Positions 13,790 through 25,031 of a DNA stretch of 64,000 nucleotides are shown here, one piece after another. The notes beneath the pieces were generated by a model that was given only the letters and a program-made list of their open reading frames with translations, was not told the DNA's origin and ran no database searches. The first letter of the stretch is position 1. Each line of letters begins with the position of its first letter. A program made the position numbers and the translations under genes. The stretch is from Octopus vulgaris (Eukaryota), in the NCBI GenBank assembly GCA_951406725.2, contig OX597821.1, positions 61,256,001 through 61,320,000 of the forward strand, written 5' to 3'.

Positions 13790-14450
13790 TAATGTGACAG
13801 TTCCATGAAGGGAATCACGCCCCAGATATTTAGCCATAGGAAGCATCAACGCTTCCTGTCGGCCTTGACACATTTCCCGTGTCCTTATGTTTACAAGGGG
13901 GAGACAATCACCCCCACCCAGCTAAACCTGAAGGCATGTTTGGACTCCTATGCTGTGTATAGCTGTCTGGAGTTTGGAATCATCTGCAAAGATTTTCCAT
14001 GCAGAATGTCTGATGCCGTTCCCTATGTCATTGAAGAGGAGTAGGCCCAACAGAGTACCTTGTGGGACACCACTACTGACCTTGGCTGAGCTGTAACGTA
14101 TTCCTTCAAACACAACATGTTGGGTTCTGTTTGTCAGGAAACACTTTATCCACTGCAGGAGCTTTCCACGGACTCCAATATTCGACAGTTTCTTCAGCAG
14201 GATTTTGTGGTCCACTCTGTTAAAGGCCTTGCTAAAATCAAGGTATATTCAGTCAGTGTTGGAGCCTTCTCCCAACACTTTTAAGATGTCATCAAAATGG
14301 TGTAGAAGCTGCTACCTGCAGTCCCTACCATCACGGAAACCATGCTGGTTGCGGTTCAGTAGATTGTTGTCTTCGGGGAAGTAAGTTATTTGCGATCTCA
14401 CCACCCTGTCAAATACTTTAATGATATGAGAGGTGAGTGAAATCGGACGA
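13790..14450 (-). pseudogene. Non-LTR (CR1/L2-like) reverse transcriptase fragment, disrupted
   Basis: The translation gives RPISLTSHIIKVF, NQHGFRDGR, YLDFSKAF..VDH, FLTNRTQ, SGVPQGTLLG and IFADDSKL across frames. Confidence 0.9.
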
Positions 14451-14916
14451 ATAATAATAGTATTATTAACAATAAAAATAATGATGATATTTGTTTCAAC
14501 CACAGGATTAGCTGATTTTGAATGACTCAAACAGCTGAAATCACCTATTCGACAGTTTCTTCAGCTATTTCAATTTTCAACTGAAACCTTATGCTATCGA
14601 CCATGAAGAGAGGAAAAATATGTATAATCTCGACGAAATTTGCACGTTAAAAAACTCACTGCCAGGTGAAAAACCAGATACGCGCTTACGATGCATACAT
14701 AGCTTCCTGCCGACACACACACACACACACACACATACACACACACACACACATACACACACATGTATATACATACACTCGTGGGTAAAATTTTGGAATA
14801 TAGATCTGAAAATTAGAATTTTTATATCAAATACCCAAATATATATATTTGAATTGAATTGTACTTGGGAATAACAATTTTATTTTTTAGAAATACGTTC
14901 CAAAGTTTGGTCACAA

Positions 14917-14968
<52 letters not shown>

Positions 14969-15012
14969 GTGTGTGTAAATATATATACGCTCTCTCTCTC
15001 TCCCTCTCTCTC

Positions 15013-15045
<33 letters not shown>

Positions 15046-15156
15046 CAGATATGATTAATTTTGGAGATTTAGCGATGCATCTGAAACCCACATTTATCGA
15101 CAACGTTAACGATATTCTTTCTCTTTCTCTCTCCCACACACACATACAGACAGACC

Positions 15157-15233
<77 letters not shown>

Positions 15234-15863
15234 ATATCTTACATATTTGTTCCTCTTTCATGTCAATGTGTCCGCAAATGTGTCTGATCTTCTGCCATTG
15301 TCATCTTTTGCTGTCTGCAATAAAAAAAATACTGTAAATTTCCATTAATTTACATTTTAAAGAATTGTTCCATAAGTAATATTTTTGATTTTTCCAATAT
15401 TGATCGAAAACTCTGCCATTGTTCTCCGAGAGACTCCGTGTTTTTGTTTGCCTTCCTGTTGTTATTCCTGTTAAATGTTAGTGCTGTTATTGTGCTTTTT
15501 TATATTATTATAATTCATTATTATTGTTTGTAATGTTTTGATTCTAGATTTATAGTTGTTTATGTTCCATTTTTCAGTTTACTTTTTATGGTTGATGTCA
15601 GTTTTCTTTAATATAAATATTTATTTTCCTCTGAAAACTTTCTAAACCGCGAACATACAATGGAAATCCAGTTTACATGCCTAGCTAAACGTGTGCCACC
15701 TGTGAAACTTATTTTCCTGGTTAACATTGCGATTGTTTATTTTAATGTATGAATCTAAACTCCATCTCTAATAATTATTTATTTTTTGTCAAAAATTACT
15801 TGAGATGCACAGCTTGGTGAATTATTTAGTTATTTATATTATATCTCATACAAAACACACGTA

Positions 15864-16660
15864 TACGAGGGGGCGCTGAAAAGTTCCTGGCTTTAAAGGT
15901 GAACGCAAAAAGCCTGGTTGGAGGCGAAGCCTTTCGAGTTGTTTTACAGGACTTAGGAAAACTGAAGGCTGCGAGCTGGCAGAATCGCTAGCACGTCGGG
16001 CAAAATGCTTAGCGGTATTTCGGCTGCCGTTACGTTGTGAGTTCAAATTCCGCCGAGGTCGACTTTGCCTTTCATCTTTTCGGGGTCGATAAATTAAGTA
16101 CCAGTTAAGCACTGGGGTCGATATAATCGACTTAATACCTATGTCTGTCCATGTTTGTCCCCTCTATGTTTAGCCCCTTGTGGGTAATAAAGAAATAGGT
16201 ATTTCGTCTGAAGCTACGTTCTGAGTTCAAATTCCGCCGAGGTCGACTTGCCTTTCATCCTTTCGGGGTCAATTAAATAAGTACCAGTTACACACTGTGG
16301 TCGATATAATCGACTTAATCCGTTTGTCTATCCTTGTTTGTCCTCTGTGTGTTTAGTCCCTTCTGGGTAGTAAAGAAATAGAAATAAATATTTCGTCTGC
16401 CGTTACGTTCCGAGTTCAAATTCTGCCGAGGTCGACTTTGCCTTTCATCCTTTCGGGGTCGATTAAATAAGTACCATTTACGCACTGGGGTCGATGTAAT
16501 CGACTTAATCCTTTTGTCTGTCCTCTCTATTTTTTGTCCCCTGTGGGCAATAAAGAAATAAATGTGTGAATCTGAGAGGGAAATATATTGAATAAAATCA
16601 TATTTAACGGGTCTTCCTGTATTTTCTCTTATCCAAAGCCAGGAACTTTTCAGGAACCTA
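15864..16660. mobile_element. Mariner-type MITE or deleted element hosting a SINE array
   Basis: The left end is TA-cgagggggcgctgaaaagttcctggcttt. The right end aaagccaggaacttttca (16635-16652) is an 18-bp inverted match. Confidence 0.65.
15967..16562 (+). mobile_element. SINE family A: one head followed by three tandem body units (~180-190 bp)
   Basis: tatttcg.ctg...gttcaaatt...taaagaaata occurs three times, starting at ~16016, ~16200 and ~16389. Confidence 0.9.
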
Positions 16661-17701
16661 TATTTTGTGTGTATGCGTCATGTCTATTGCTGAGGCAATT
16701 TCCTTCAACAGTGATTTTATCTACTTATGCAAGTCCTTGACACGACTCCGGTTGTATGAGAAAGATTTTGAAATAAATTATTGTGTAATCTTGATCCCCA
16801 TTGATAATCCACCTGATCCAATATTAATAAATCTGTATTTCTTCAAATATATTTAATCAAACGCCCTTCAATTTCTTAGCGCTTCATTAAATTCAAAGGG
16901 TTCTATTGATGCATGTCATTGAGACATTGAAAGTCTAATAATGAGTTTCTCTTGGCAACATATTTAGATACTCAGATGCCCGCTACTCGTAATTAATTTT
17001 ATCCTTTGACCAAAGTCGATTCTCCCACTTTATTCATTGACAATTGTTCCGTTCGAAGAGCCATGTAGCCAGAAACAAGTTCTCTATACTGCAGGATTTG
17101 TCTCATAGAAGCAAAGTCACCGAAATGGCACATAATCTCCCAAGAACCTTCTTCCATTAAAATGTTTCATCTCCCTGTACTTCTAAAAACACTAAACACA
17201 TCAAAAAAAAAAATAACAACAGTTTTTTACGATTGTCAAGATTGTGTATAATATCTGCAAACTATTCTATGATTAATATTGAATACTTCCGTTTTTCAGT
17301 AGTATAATATAACACTTTTCATTATTATTGAGGTTAAAATTTAAAATCATTTATTTCGTAGGATTTCATGTAAATGTTTTCAAATATTGAAAAGAAAGAT
17401 GACAAGACAGAGTGAATATAAAAGCGTATATTTTTCTTTATTCTTGCTTAACGACCCGATCTTATACATCGCTGGTCACAATGCGTTTTCGTTCTTCTTT
17501 TAATATCCTTATTTGGACCCGGCCTGTTTGACAACAATGAATTCTCATCATCTTGTAGGTCTTCCGCATGCTAGCCTCCCATCCTATGCTAACCACTCGG
17601 CAACAATTGGTAGTGTCTACATATCTCGTTTTCGTCCAAAACTGCAATACAAATGTTGGACATGAGGAAACTAAGTTATCCTTTCTCTGGAAGGAAACGC
17701 G

Positions 17702-17702
<1 letters not shown>

Positions 17703-17799
<97 letters not shown>
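17703..17799. repeat. (TATC)n microsatellite
   Basis: Visible directly. Confidence 0.95.
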
Positions 17800-18039
17800 G
17801 TCCGTGTGTCTGTCTTTGTGTGTGTCTGTGGGGTCTGTCTGTGTGTCTGTGTGTCTATCTATCTGTCTGTCTATCAATCAATCAGTCTATCTCTCTCTCG
17901 CTTTCGCTCTCTACTTACATATATGTTTCTTTCTCTTTATCTTTTTCTTTCTTTTTTCCTTTCTCTAACCCTCTTCCCCCCTCTGTCTCCCCCCTCTCCC
18001 CCCTCTCTCTCTCTATATATATATATGTATATGTATATA

Positions 18040-18945
18040 TCCAAATGAATTAGGGTACCGAAATACCAGCTTGCTAGAAATAGGAGTTAACACCTCAAAG
18101 CCACAAATTTTTCACTGTTAAGAAACACGCACGGTGAATGTAATGAATATAATAAAAAGTAGGCCTTACGTTTGAATAAACCACAAAGCAAAAGCAGATA
18201 TCTTAGTATCAATGACCACACCTTTTGTGTGTTATCGCTTAAGGATCATCACCCAAGCTTATTGTATTCATCTACTTTTCAAAATATTCATTTCATTACA
18301 CTGTGCGCTTTTGTTCACTTGAATGCCTCAGTGACATTAAAAAACGAACATAAGGTATGTAAAATCTAAAATTTAATAAATTACCAAAAAAAAAAAAAAA
18401 ATAATAATAATAAAGTGGTCAGCAAGCTTAATCTAAAGAGGCAAAACATACAAATAAATTGGGGTACCGAAATACCAGCTTTACAGAAATAGAAATCAAC
18501 ACTCCCAAGTCACAAGTGTCTCACTATCAAATAACACGCTCGTTGAATGCAACGAATATATTAAAAATAGGTCTTAACTTTGTATAAGACACAAAGCAAG
18601 AACAGATATCTTAGTATCAATCGACCTAATCTTTTGTGCACCAGCACTTTAGGATCATCCTCTAAGCTTACTGTATTCGTCCATTTTTCAAAATATTCAT
18701 CTTTTCTTGCTTTGTGGTTTATGGAAACGTAAAGCCTATTTTTATTATAACTGTTTCTTTCAACGTAAGTGGCTGTGGAGTCCTGACTCCTATTTCTAGC
18801 AAACTGGTATTTTGGTACCCTAATTTATTTGTATATTTTGCCTATTTAGGTTTACTTTGCTGGCCACTTTATCCTTATTGTTATTTTTAATAATGGTAAT
18901 ATTTTATTAAATTTTAGATTTTACATATTCACTATATGTTCGTTC
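18040..18945. repeat. Diverged ~410-bp tandem duplication followed by an inverted third copy
   Basis: gggtaccgaaataccagctt occurs at ~18053 and ~18462. Its reverse complement ctggtattttggtaccc is at ~18804-18820, and aaaatctaaaatttaataaa (18361) is inverted at ~18903-18922. Confidence 0.8.
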
Positions 18946-18984
18946 CAGAACACACACACACATACATACATACTTATATGTATG

Positions 18985-19063
<79 letters not shown>

Positions 19064-19069
19064 GTATAT

Positions 19070-19369
19070 ATATTGATAAAAATGGTAAGGACAACAAAAG
19101 AATGAAAGAGACCTCGATATTACGTAAATAGAGCAATTTATCTGTAAATGTAATATGAAACAATTATTCGTAGCCATGATAAAACTCCGAGTATCAGATG
19201 CTGGAGTGGAAATCTACGCCGCCATCTCTTCAGTTATCTGGCCATCGGAAAAAAAAGTTTTTTTTCCGATGGCCAGATAACTGAAGAGATGGCGGCGTGG
19301 TTTCCACCCCGGCATCCGAAACTCGGTGTTTTATCCTGCATACCGAATAATTGTCACATATTAATTTAC
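19070..19369 (-). mobile_element. Palindromic HHR element (diverged arms 19144-19369, axis 19257) plus tail, between microsatellites
   Basis: The centre is ggccatcggaaaaaaaa-g-ttttttttccgatggcc and the arms extend about 110 bp each side. Confidence 0.75.
19276..19335 (+). ncRNA. Type I hammerhead motif, slightly degenerate (mirror copy 19178-19238, minus strand)
   Basis: gataa CTGAAGA gatg[..]catc c GAAA ctc g gtg TT ttatc. The mirror arm has the intact stem III ctc-g-gag but GATA in place of GAAA. Confidence 0.7.
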
Positions 19370-19392
19370 ACACACACACACACACACACATA

Positions 19393-19431
<39 letters not shown>

Positions 19432-20132
19432 TGTGTGTGAATTTAGAGATGTTCAATATATTACTCATATCTATTTCAATGTTGACATACTGTTTAAAAA
19501 GGAATTAAACGTTAGATTTGCCGTGAATACAATACACGCAGGCATGTTGATGCACGTAATAAAGTATGCAGGTAAGAATGTTATCAACTCTATACGTAAA
19601 TAGTTACACAATTACAATAAACAGACAGATATACATACACATTTGTGAGTGTCTGCAGGTGTGTATATGTTTATATGTACACATATTTGAATATATTCAA
19701 GTCTTTGTGCGTTTGTACGAGCTCTTTAGCTGTTAAACGCACGCTTACATATGCATGCGCGTATATATATATTTTTATATATACGGATATGGATGGATAG
19801 TAGATATTATGTGTTATTGTAAAGTAATACCAACACACTCTGAGAGTGAAGAATCCTCTACCGAAAAAAATGTAGATATATCTAGAACGAATTATGAAAA
19901 TCGATAAAATACATGTGTTGATATTCAGCTTCTCTGACAACAAGCTTTAATAAAACAATAGTGTTATATATCATGAATATCATGAATAAACATATCTCCC
20001 TATTTACCCGCGCGTACACACACGCACACACATATACGCACGCATAGACACACACTCATATATCCATCCATATTCCGTATGTGTAATAATTGTCGCAATT
20101 TAAGGTATGGAGATAACCAGTACATACATGAA

Positions 20133-20171
<39 letters not shown>

Positions 20172-20364
20172 TAGTGTATGAGTGTGTGCGCGCGCTTGTG
20201 TGTACTTGTTAGCTATTGCACCGACGCGTACATAAGCATGCGCGTTTATACACACAGACACGCTCACATACACACACACACATATATAAATATGTAAATG
20301 GATGGATATTGGATATTATGTATGATTGTAACTTAACACCAGAACAATCTGAAAGTGAAGAAGA

Positions 20365-20645
20365 GCACTTGTGTGTGTGTATGTGTATGCATATATATGA
20401 ATATATTTATAAATATATATATATGTGTGTGTGTATATAAATATATATATATATATATGTATATAAATATATACATATATATATAAATATATATATATGT
20501 ATATATATATATATGTATGTATATATATATATATATATATTTATGTATATATATGTATATAATATATATCTATATATACGTATATGTATTTATATACATA
20601 TATTTATATACATATACATATATATACATATATATATATACATAC

Positions 20646-20716
<71 letters not shown>

Positions 20717-21786
20717 AATACATATATGTATATATAGATATATATTATATACATATATATATACATAAATATATATATACTACCATACTGTCTTTGAAAA
20801 CTCATACACGCATACACACATACATACATACATACATACACACACATACATACATACATACATACATACACACACACATACACACATACACACATACACA
20901 CATACATACATACATACATACATGCATACATACATACACATATACATACACATACATACATACATACACATATGCATACATACACACACACATACACACA
21001 TACATACATACACACATACATACATACATACATACATACATACATACATACATACATAAATACATACATATGGGGTTGGCTGTATTGCAGGCGTGCGTCA
21101 GTGTGTGTATGTGTGTGCCTGTGGATTCACATACACCCACACCAATTTTCTTCCATCAATCTTTCAATTATAAAGTGTGTGCTTGCATACATATATATAC
21201 ACACATGTAAACATATAAACACACATATAAACCTCTACATTTGTACACACACGCACATGTATACATACATTCACTTGCACGCCCGTACACACACACGCAC
21301 ACACACATTTACATATATATACAATACACGCACACACACATACACACGTACAAACACACACAAATTCACATACACACCGATACATATACATACACACAAT
21401 ATGTACCTACACGCGCACGCACACATACACATAGTACACATATATAAGCACAGACACGCACACAAACGCACGCACACACGCACGCCAATGCACACGCCCA
21501 AAACTTACAACCCCACGGATACACGCATATACATCCATATACGCTTACACACACACAGATACAAACGCACACATACACGCACACACAACTACACGCACAT
21601 ACATGCACACACACACACAAATGAACCCACACATACATCCCATACACACTGCACACAATTATAAATACACGCACACAATTATACATACATATATATACAC
21701 ACATACGCACGTACAAGCACACACGCACACATACACTAAGTTAAGCACAGTTCGCCACACACCCAAGCTCTACGCATACACACACG

Positions 21787-21819
<33 letters not shown>

Positions 21820-22075
21820 CAAACAAAACACACACATGATACATATACATACACGCACACACACACATACTTCAATGTTCTGACCTGTGGCTGGGACACA
21901 AAAAAAAACACGACTCCTTATTCTTACAAACTAGCCAGCTACTAGCCTGTTGTTTGCAGCCACAACCATACACACATATTCAAACACACGCACACACACA
22001 CACGTTCATCATTGCACACATACACACATACGCGCACACACAGACCCCCGCGCACGCACACATCCACACACATTC
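20365..22075. repeat. ~1.7-kb compound (TA)/(CATA)/(CA) low-complexity tract
   Basis: Visible directly. It produces many spurious HT/YI/CV ORFs. Confidence 0.9.
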
Positions 22076-22183
22076 CCCCGCTTACATTCTTTGTCTTTGA
22101 CATACTACCATACTGTCTTTGAAAACTCTTCTGTCTTTGAAAACATATTTCTTCACCCTTTCTACTTTCGGTCTTTCAAAATG

Positions 22184-22377
22184 TGACCTCATGTGTACCG
22201 TTGGCGATTTTTTTTCCTCTGTCTTCCCTTCTCGGGATCTTTCCTTCTCCCATGTTTCCGACGAAGAGCTCCGCTCGAAACGTTAAACCCTCCTTCTTCC
22301 CTTCTTTCCTGAGCATCCAATAATACTATATTTGTTCCACGTCCTCGCGTTGTTGTGTTTTCTTGTTTGGATTAACT
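22184..22377 (+). mobile_element. Short HHR-bearing repeat ending in (TA)n; second copy at 42005-42151 (minus strand)
   Basis: Both copies share gtgtaccgttggcgattttt...tttccgacgaagagc...tccaataatactatatttgttccacgtcctc...tttggattaac. Confidence 0.8.
22254..22288 (+). ncRNA. Minimal type I hammerhead motif (U4C, extra A after A9, palindromic stem III ACGU)
   Basis: gttt CCGACGA a gagc tcc gctc GAAA cg TT aaac. Confidence 0.7.
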
Positions 22378-22386
22378 ATATATATA

Positions 22387-22737
22387 TATATATTAGAAGA
22401 AATGAGGTAATCAGAAGATCGGATGGTTCATATTTATAGATATTTATTTATATATTACATTTTTTACATATATATATCATATCATTCAGATCATATCATT
22501 CAGATTATTAGCGCTTTCTCCCATTCCAGTGGGGTTTTCAAATCAAACTGATTTGATTTGAAAACCCCACTGGAATGGGAGAAAGCGCTAATAATCTGAA
22601 TGATATGATCTGAATGATATGATATATATATGTAAAAAATGTAATATATAAATAAATATCTATAAATATGAACCATCCGATCTTCTGATTACCTCATTTC
22701 TTCTAATATATAATACCTGTACATCATCTCCAAACCT

Positions 22738-22742
<5 letters not shown>
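22387..22742 (+). mobile_element. Perfect 326-bp palindrome (22387-22712) plus 30-nt tail between (TA)n tracts; HHR-like motif in each arm
   Basis: The axis is caaatcaaa-ctga-tttgatttg and I saw no mismatch between the arms. Confidence 0.85.
22551..22596 (+). ncRNA. Hammerhead-like motif with U3-A8 core (mirror 22503-22548, minus strand)
   Basis: gat TTGAAAA c ccca ctggaa tggg a GAAA gcgc TA ataatc. Stem III is the palindrome AGCGCU. Stem I is weak and 10.1-11.1 is mismatched. Confidence 0.55.
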
Positions 22743-22788
<46 letters not shown>

Positions 22789-22792
22789 AATA

Positions 22793-24051
22793 CAGTTGCG
22801 GCCAAAGTGTTCAGAACGGTATTGTTTTCGTCAGAAAAGTAAATATACGTTTTTATTAAAGTAGTTTTATATTCTATAATTTTCCCAGACAATAAATACG
22901 ATATTAATTGGTATTGTCTGAGAATTTGGTGTAATTTGAGTTTATAATACAATAGTTATGGATGATATAGTGATTTACTACAAAACCCATGGTGGCCAAA
23001 ATGATCAGAACGGTTGAAAAAATAACAAAATAATCAAAAAGTGACTGAGAATGCTGGAATTATTTCATATTTAGTGTGAAGCCCTTTAGCTTCAATCAAA
23101 GTTTGACACTTTTGACTGCACGGGGAAATTAAATTTTCAATTTCTTGCTGGGTGATCTTATTCCATTCTTCCTGAAGGGCATTCCATAATTGCTCGGTTG
23201 TTTTAGGATTTCTGGCTTTCAAACGTTCTCCTAGAATATTCCACACATTTTCAATAGGATTGAGGTCTGGGCTTTGAGCAGGCCAATCCATAACAATAAC
23301 CTTTTCAGCCTTGAGGAAGTTGGTGACCACCTTAGCCTTGTGACAGGGGGTATTGTCCTGCATGAATATAGGTGGTCGCTTAGTTGAATTTCTCAGCACG
23401 GGCAAGACATGATCTTTTACAAGTTGTTTATAAACTCCTGCATTTACCTTTCCATGTAATCGCAGCAAAGGGCCCACAACATCTCCAGATATCATCCCCC
23501 AAACCATGACACTTCCTCCACCGAATTTAACACTAGTCTTAAGGCATTTAGGTGACAATTTTTCACCTGCTTTTCGACGAACGTGCCTTTTCCCATCTGA
23601 GCCAAATAACATAGACTTAGATTCATCACTGAAATGCACCGTTTGCCATTTTTCTTGAGACGACAACACATGTTCGGTTGCAAAGGTAAGACGACACTTT
23701 TTATTCTTTATTCACTGCAGGTGCTCTTGCTTGTAGGTCATGTTCAACTAAACGACGAGACACAGTTTTTCGAGATAAAGTTTTCTTCAGTACAATGCTC
23801 ATTTCCCGAAAAACAGCAGCAGCAGTTTTAAATCTGTCCTTTTTAACCAAATTTACCATAGCACCATCTTCTCTCTTGGTCGTTTTTCTTGGCCTACCTG
23901 TAGACTTTCTTGCTTTACACGAACCTCAATCATCGTAGACCTTAAAAATACCGTGAACAACACTTTTTGACTTGTTAACAATCTTTGCAATAGACCTAAT
24001 ACTTAAATTATCCTTCTTTCGAAGCTTAATAATCTGCTGTCGAATTGGTAA
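22793..24051 (-). mobile_element. Tc1-family DNA transposon, 5'-truncated, with IR/DR-type end
   Basis: The terminus is TA|cagttgcggccaaagtgttcagaacggt, with an inner direct repeat ggtggccaaaatgatcagaacggt at 22991-23013. It contains the transposase relic. Confidence 0.9.
23034..24051 (-). pseudogene. Tc1 transposase (DD34E), disrupted by a stop codon and frameshifts
   Basis: Motifs FSDESK, SVMVWG, QDNTPCH and WPAQSPDLNPIENVW, with 34 residues between D and E. The N-terminal HTH (LSIRSIAKIVNKSKSVV) and GRPRKT lie upstream, beyond a stop codon. Confidence 0.92.
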
Positions 24052-24090
24052 CATACATACATACATGCATACATACACACATACACACAC

Positions 24091-24121
<31 letters not shown>

Positions 24122-24173
24122 TACATACATACATACACACATACACACATTTCTCTTATTTCTTTTGCCACAT

Positions 24174-24233
24174 GTATCACTGACGAAGAGAGGGCTCTTA
24201 GTAGCTAACTCTGAAATCGGCCCGATATGGTAT
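24174..24233 (+). ncRNA. Type I hammerhead ribozyme, canonical core; predicted cleavage after AUA at 24227
   Basis: gtatca CTGACGA agag[18 nt]ctct GAAA tcgg c ccga TA tggtat. Confidence 0.85.
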
Positions 24234-24677
24234 CAATGGAATTTTTTAGAAATTTCTGTCGACCTTTTTTCGAGTAGCGTGCGTAGTGTGAAATAATTAT
24301 ATGGTTAATGGACAATATGTCCAATTTTTCGGCATATTTGGCATTAGAATTTTTTTCCTTTGCCCTCATTTATGAATTGTTTATAAATTTAACCGTTAAA
24401 GGTATTTTTTAATATGCTGGCCATTGATAAAATTTTTTTCGAGAAAATATTTTTTTTCAAAAAGAATTTTATCCTCACATTTGATATAAATTTAAGCGTT
24501 CGCTTCCGAACTAACTAACTCACTCTGTGAGAGCCTCAGTTCACATCGCACGTGCCTCGAATGGGCTGGAGTATTTCTATTTGGGGATGTATTTGGGGTA
24601 CTTAGTTGTGCCCATGACTTAGTATTTGCTTCTTCCATGGGTATGAGTAAGTATCTCATTTATTTCTTTTGTCACAT

Positions 24678-24737
24678 GTATCACTGAAGAAGAGAGGGCT
24701 CTTAGTAGCTAACTCTGAAATCGGTCCGATATGGTAA
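24678..24737 (+). ncRNA. Type I hammerhead ribozyme, canonical core; predicted cleavage after AUA at 24731
   Basis: gtatca CTGAAGA agag[18 nt]ctct GAAA tcgg t ccga TA tggta. Differences from copy 1 fall at N7, the stem III loop base and the distal stem I pair. Confidence 0.85.
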
Positions 24738-24987
24738 TAATGGAATTTTTTAGACATTTCTGTCGACCTTTTTTCGAGTAGCGTGCGTATTGTGAAATAA
24801 TTATATGGTCAATGGACAATATGTCCAATTTTTCGGCATATTTGGCATTAGAATTATTTTCCTTTGCCCTCATTTATGAATTGTTTATAAATTTAACCGT
24901 TAAAGGTATTTTTTAATATGCTGGCCATCGATAAAGTTTTTTTCGGGAAAATATTTTTTTTCGAAAAGAATTTTATCCTCACATTTG

Positions 24988-25031
<44 letters not shown>

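Larger units (their letters stand above)
24152..24992 (+). mobile_element. Double-hammerhead element: two ~337-bp direct repeats (24152-24488, 24655-24992) around a 166-bp unique segment; retrozyme or Penelope pLTR-like
   Basis: Near-identical repeats with a 504-bp period, each starting with an HHR. The element is flanked by (ACAT)n and (TA)n(TG)n. Confidence 0.88.

Noticed and set aside
15967-16562. Regularly spaced repeats suggesting a CRISPR array
   Set aside because: The units are whole SINE bodies without unique spacers, the context is eukaryotic and there are no cas genes.
20513-21839. Long ORFs rich in YI/HT/CV (up to 230 aa), also at 13.5, 33.5-34.1, 43.3 and 56.3 kb
   Set aside because: These are stop-free translations of (TA)n, (CA)n and (CATA)n microsatellites.
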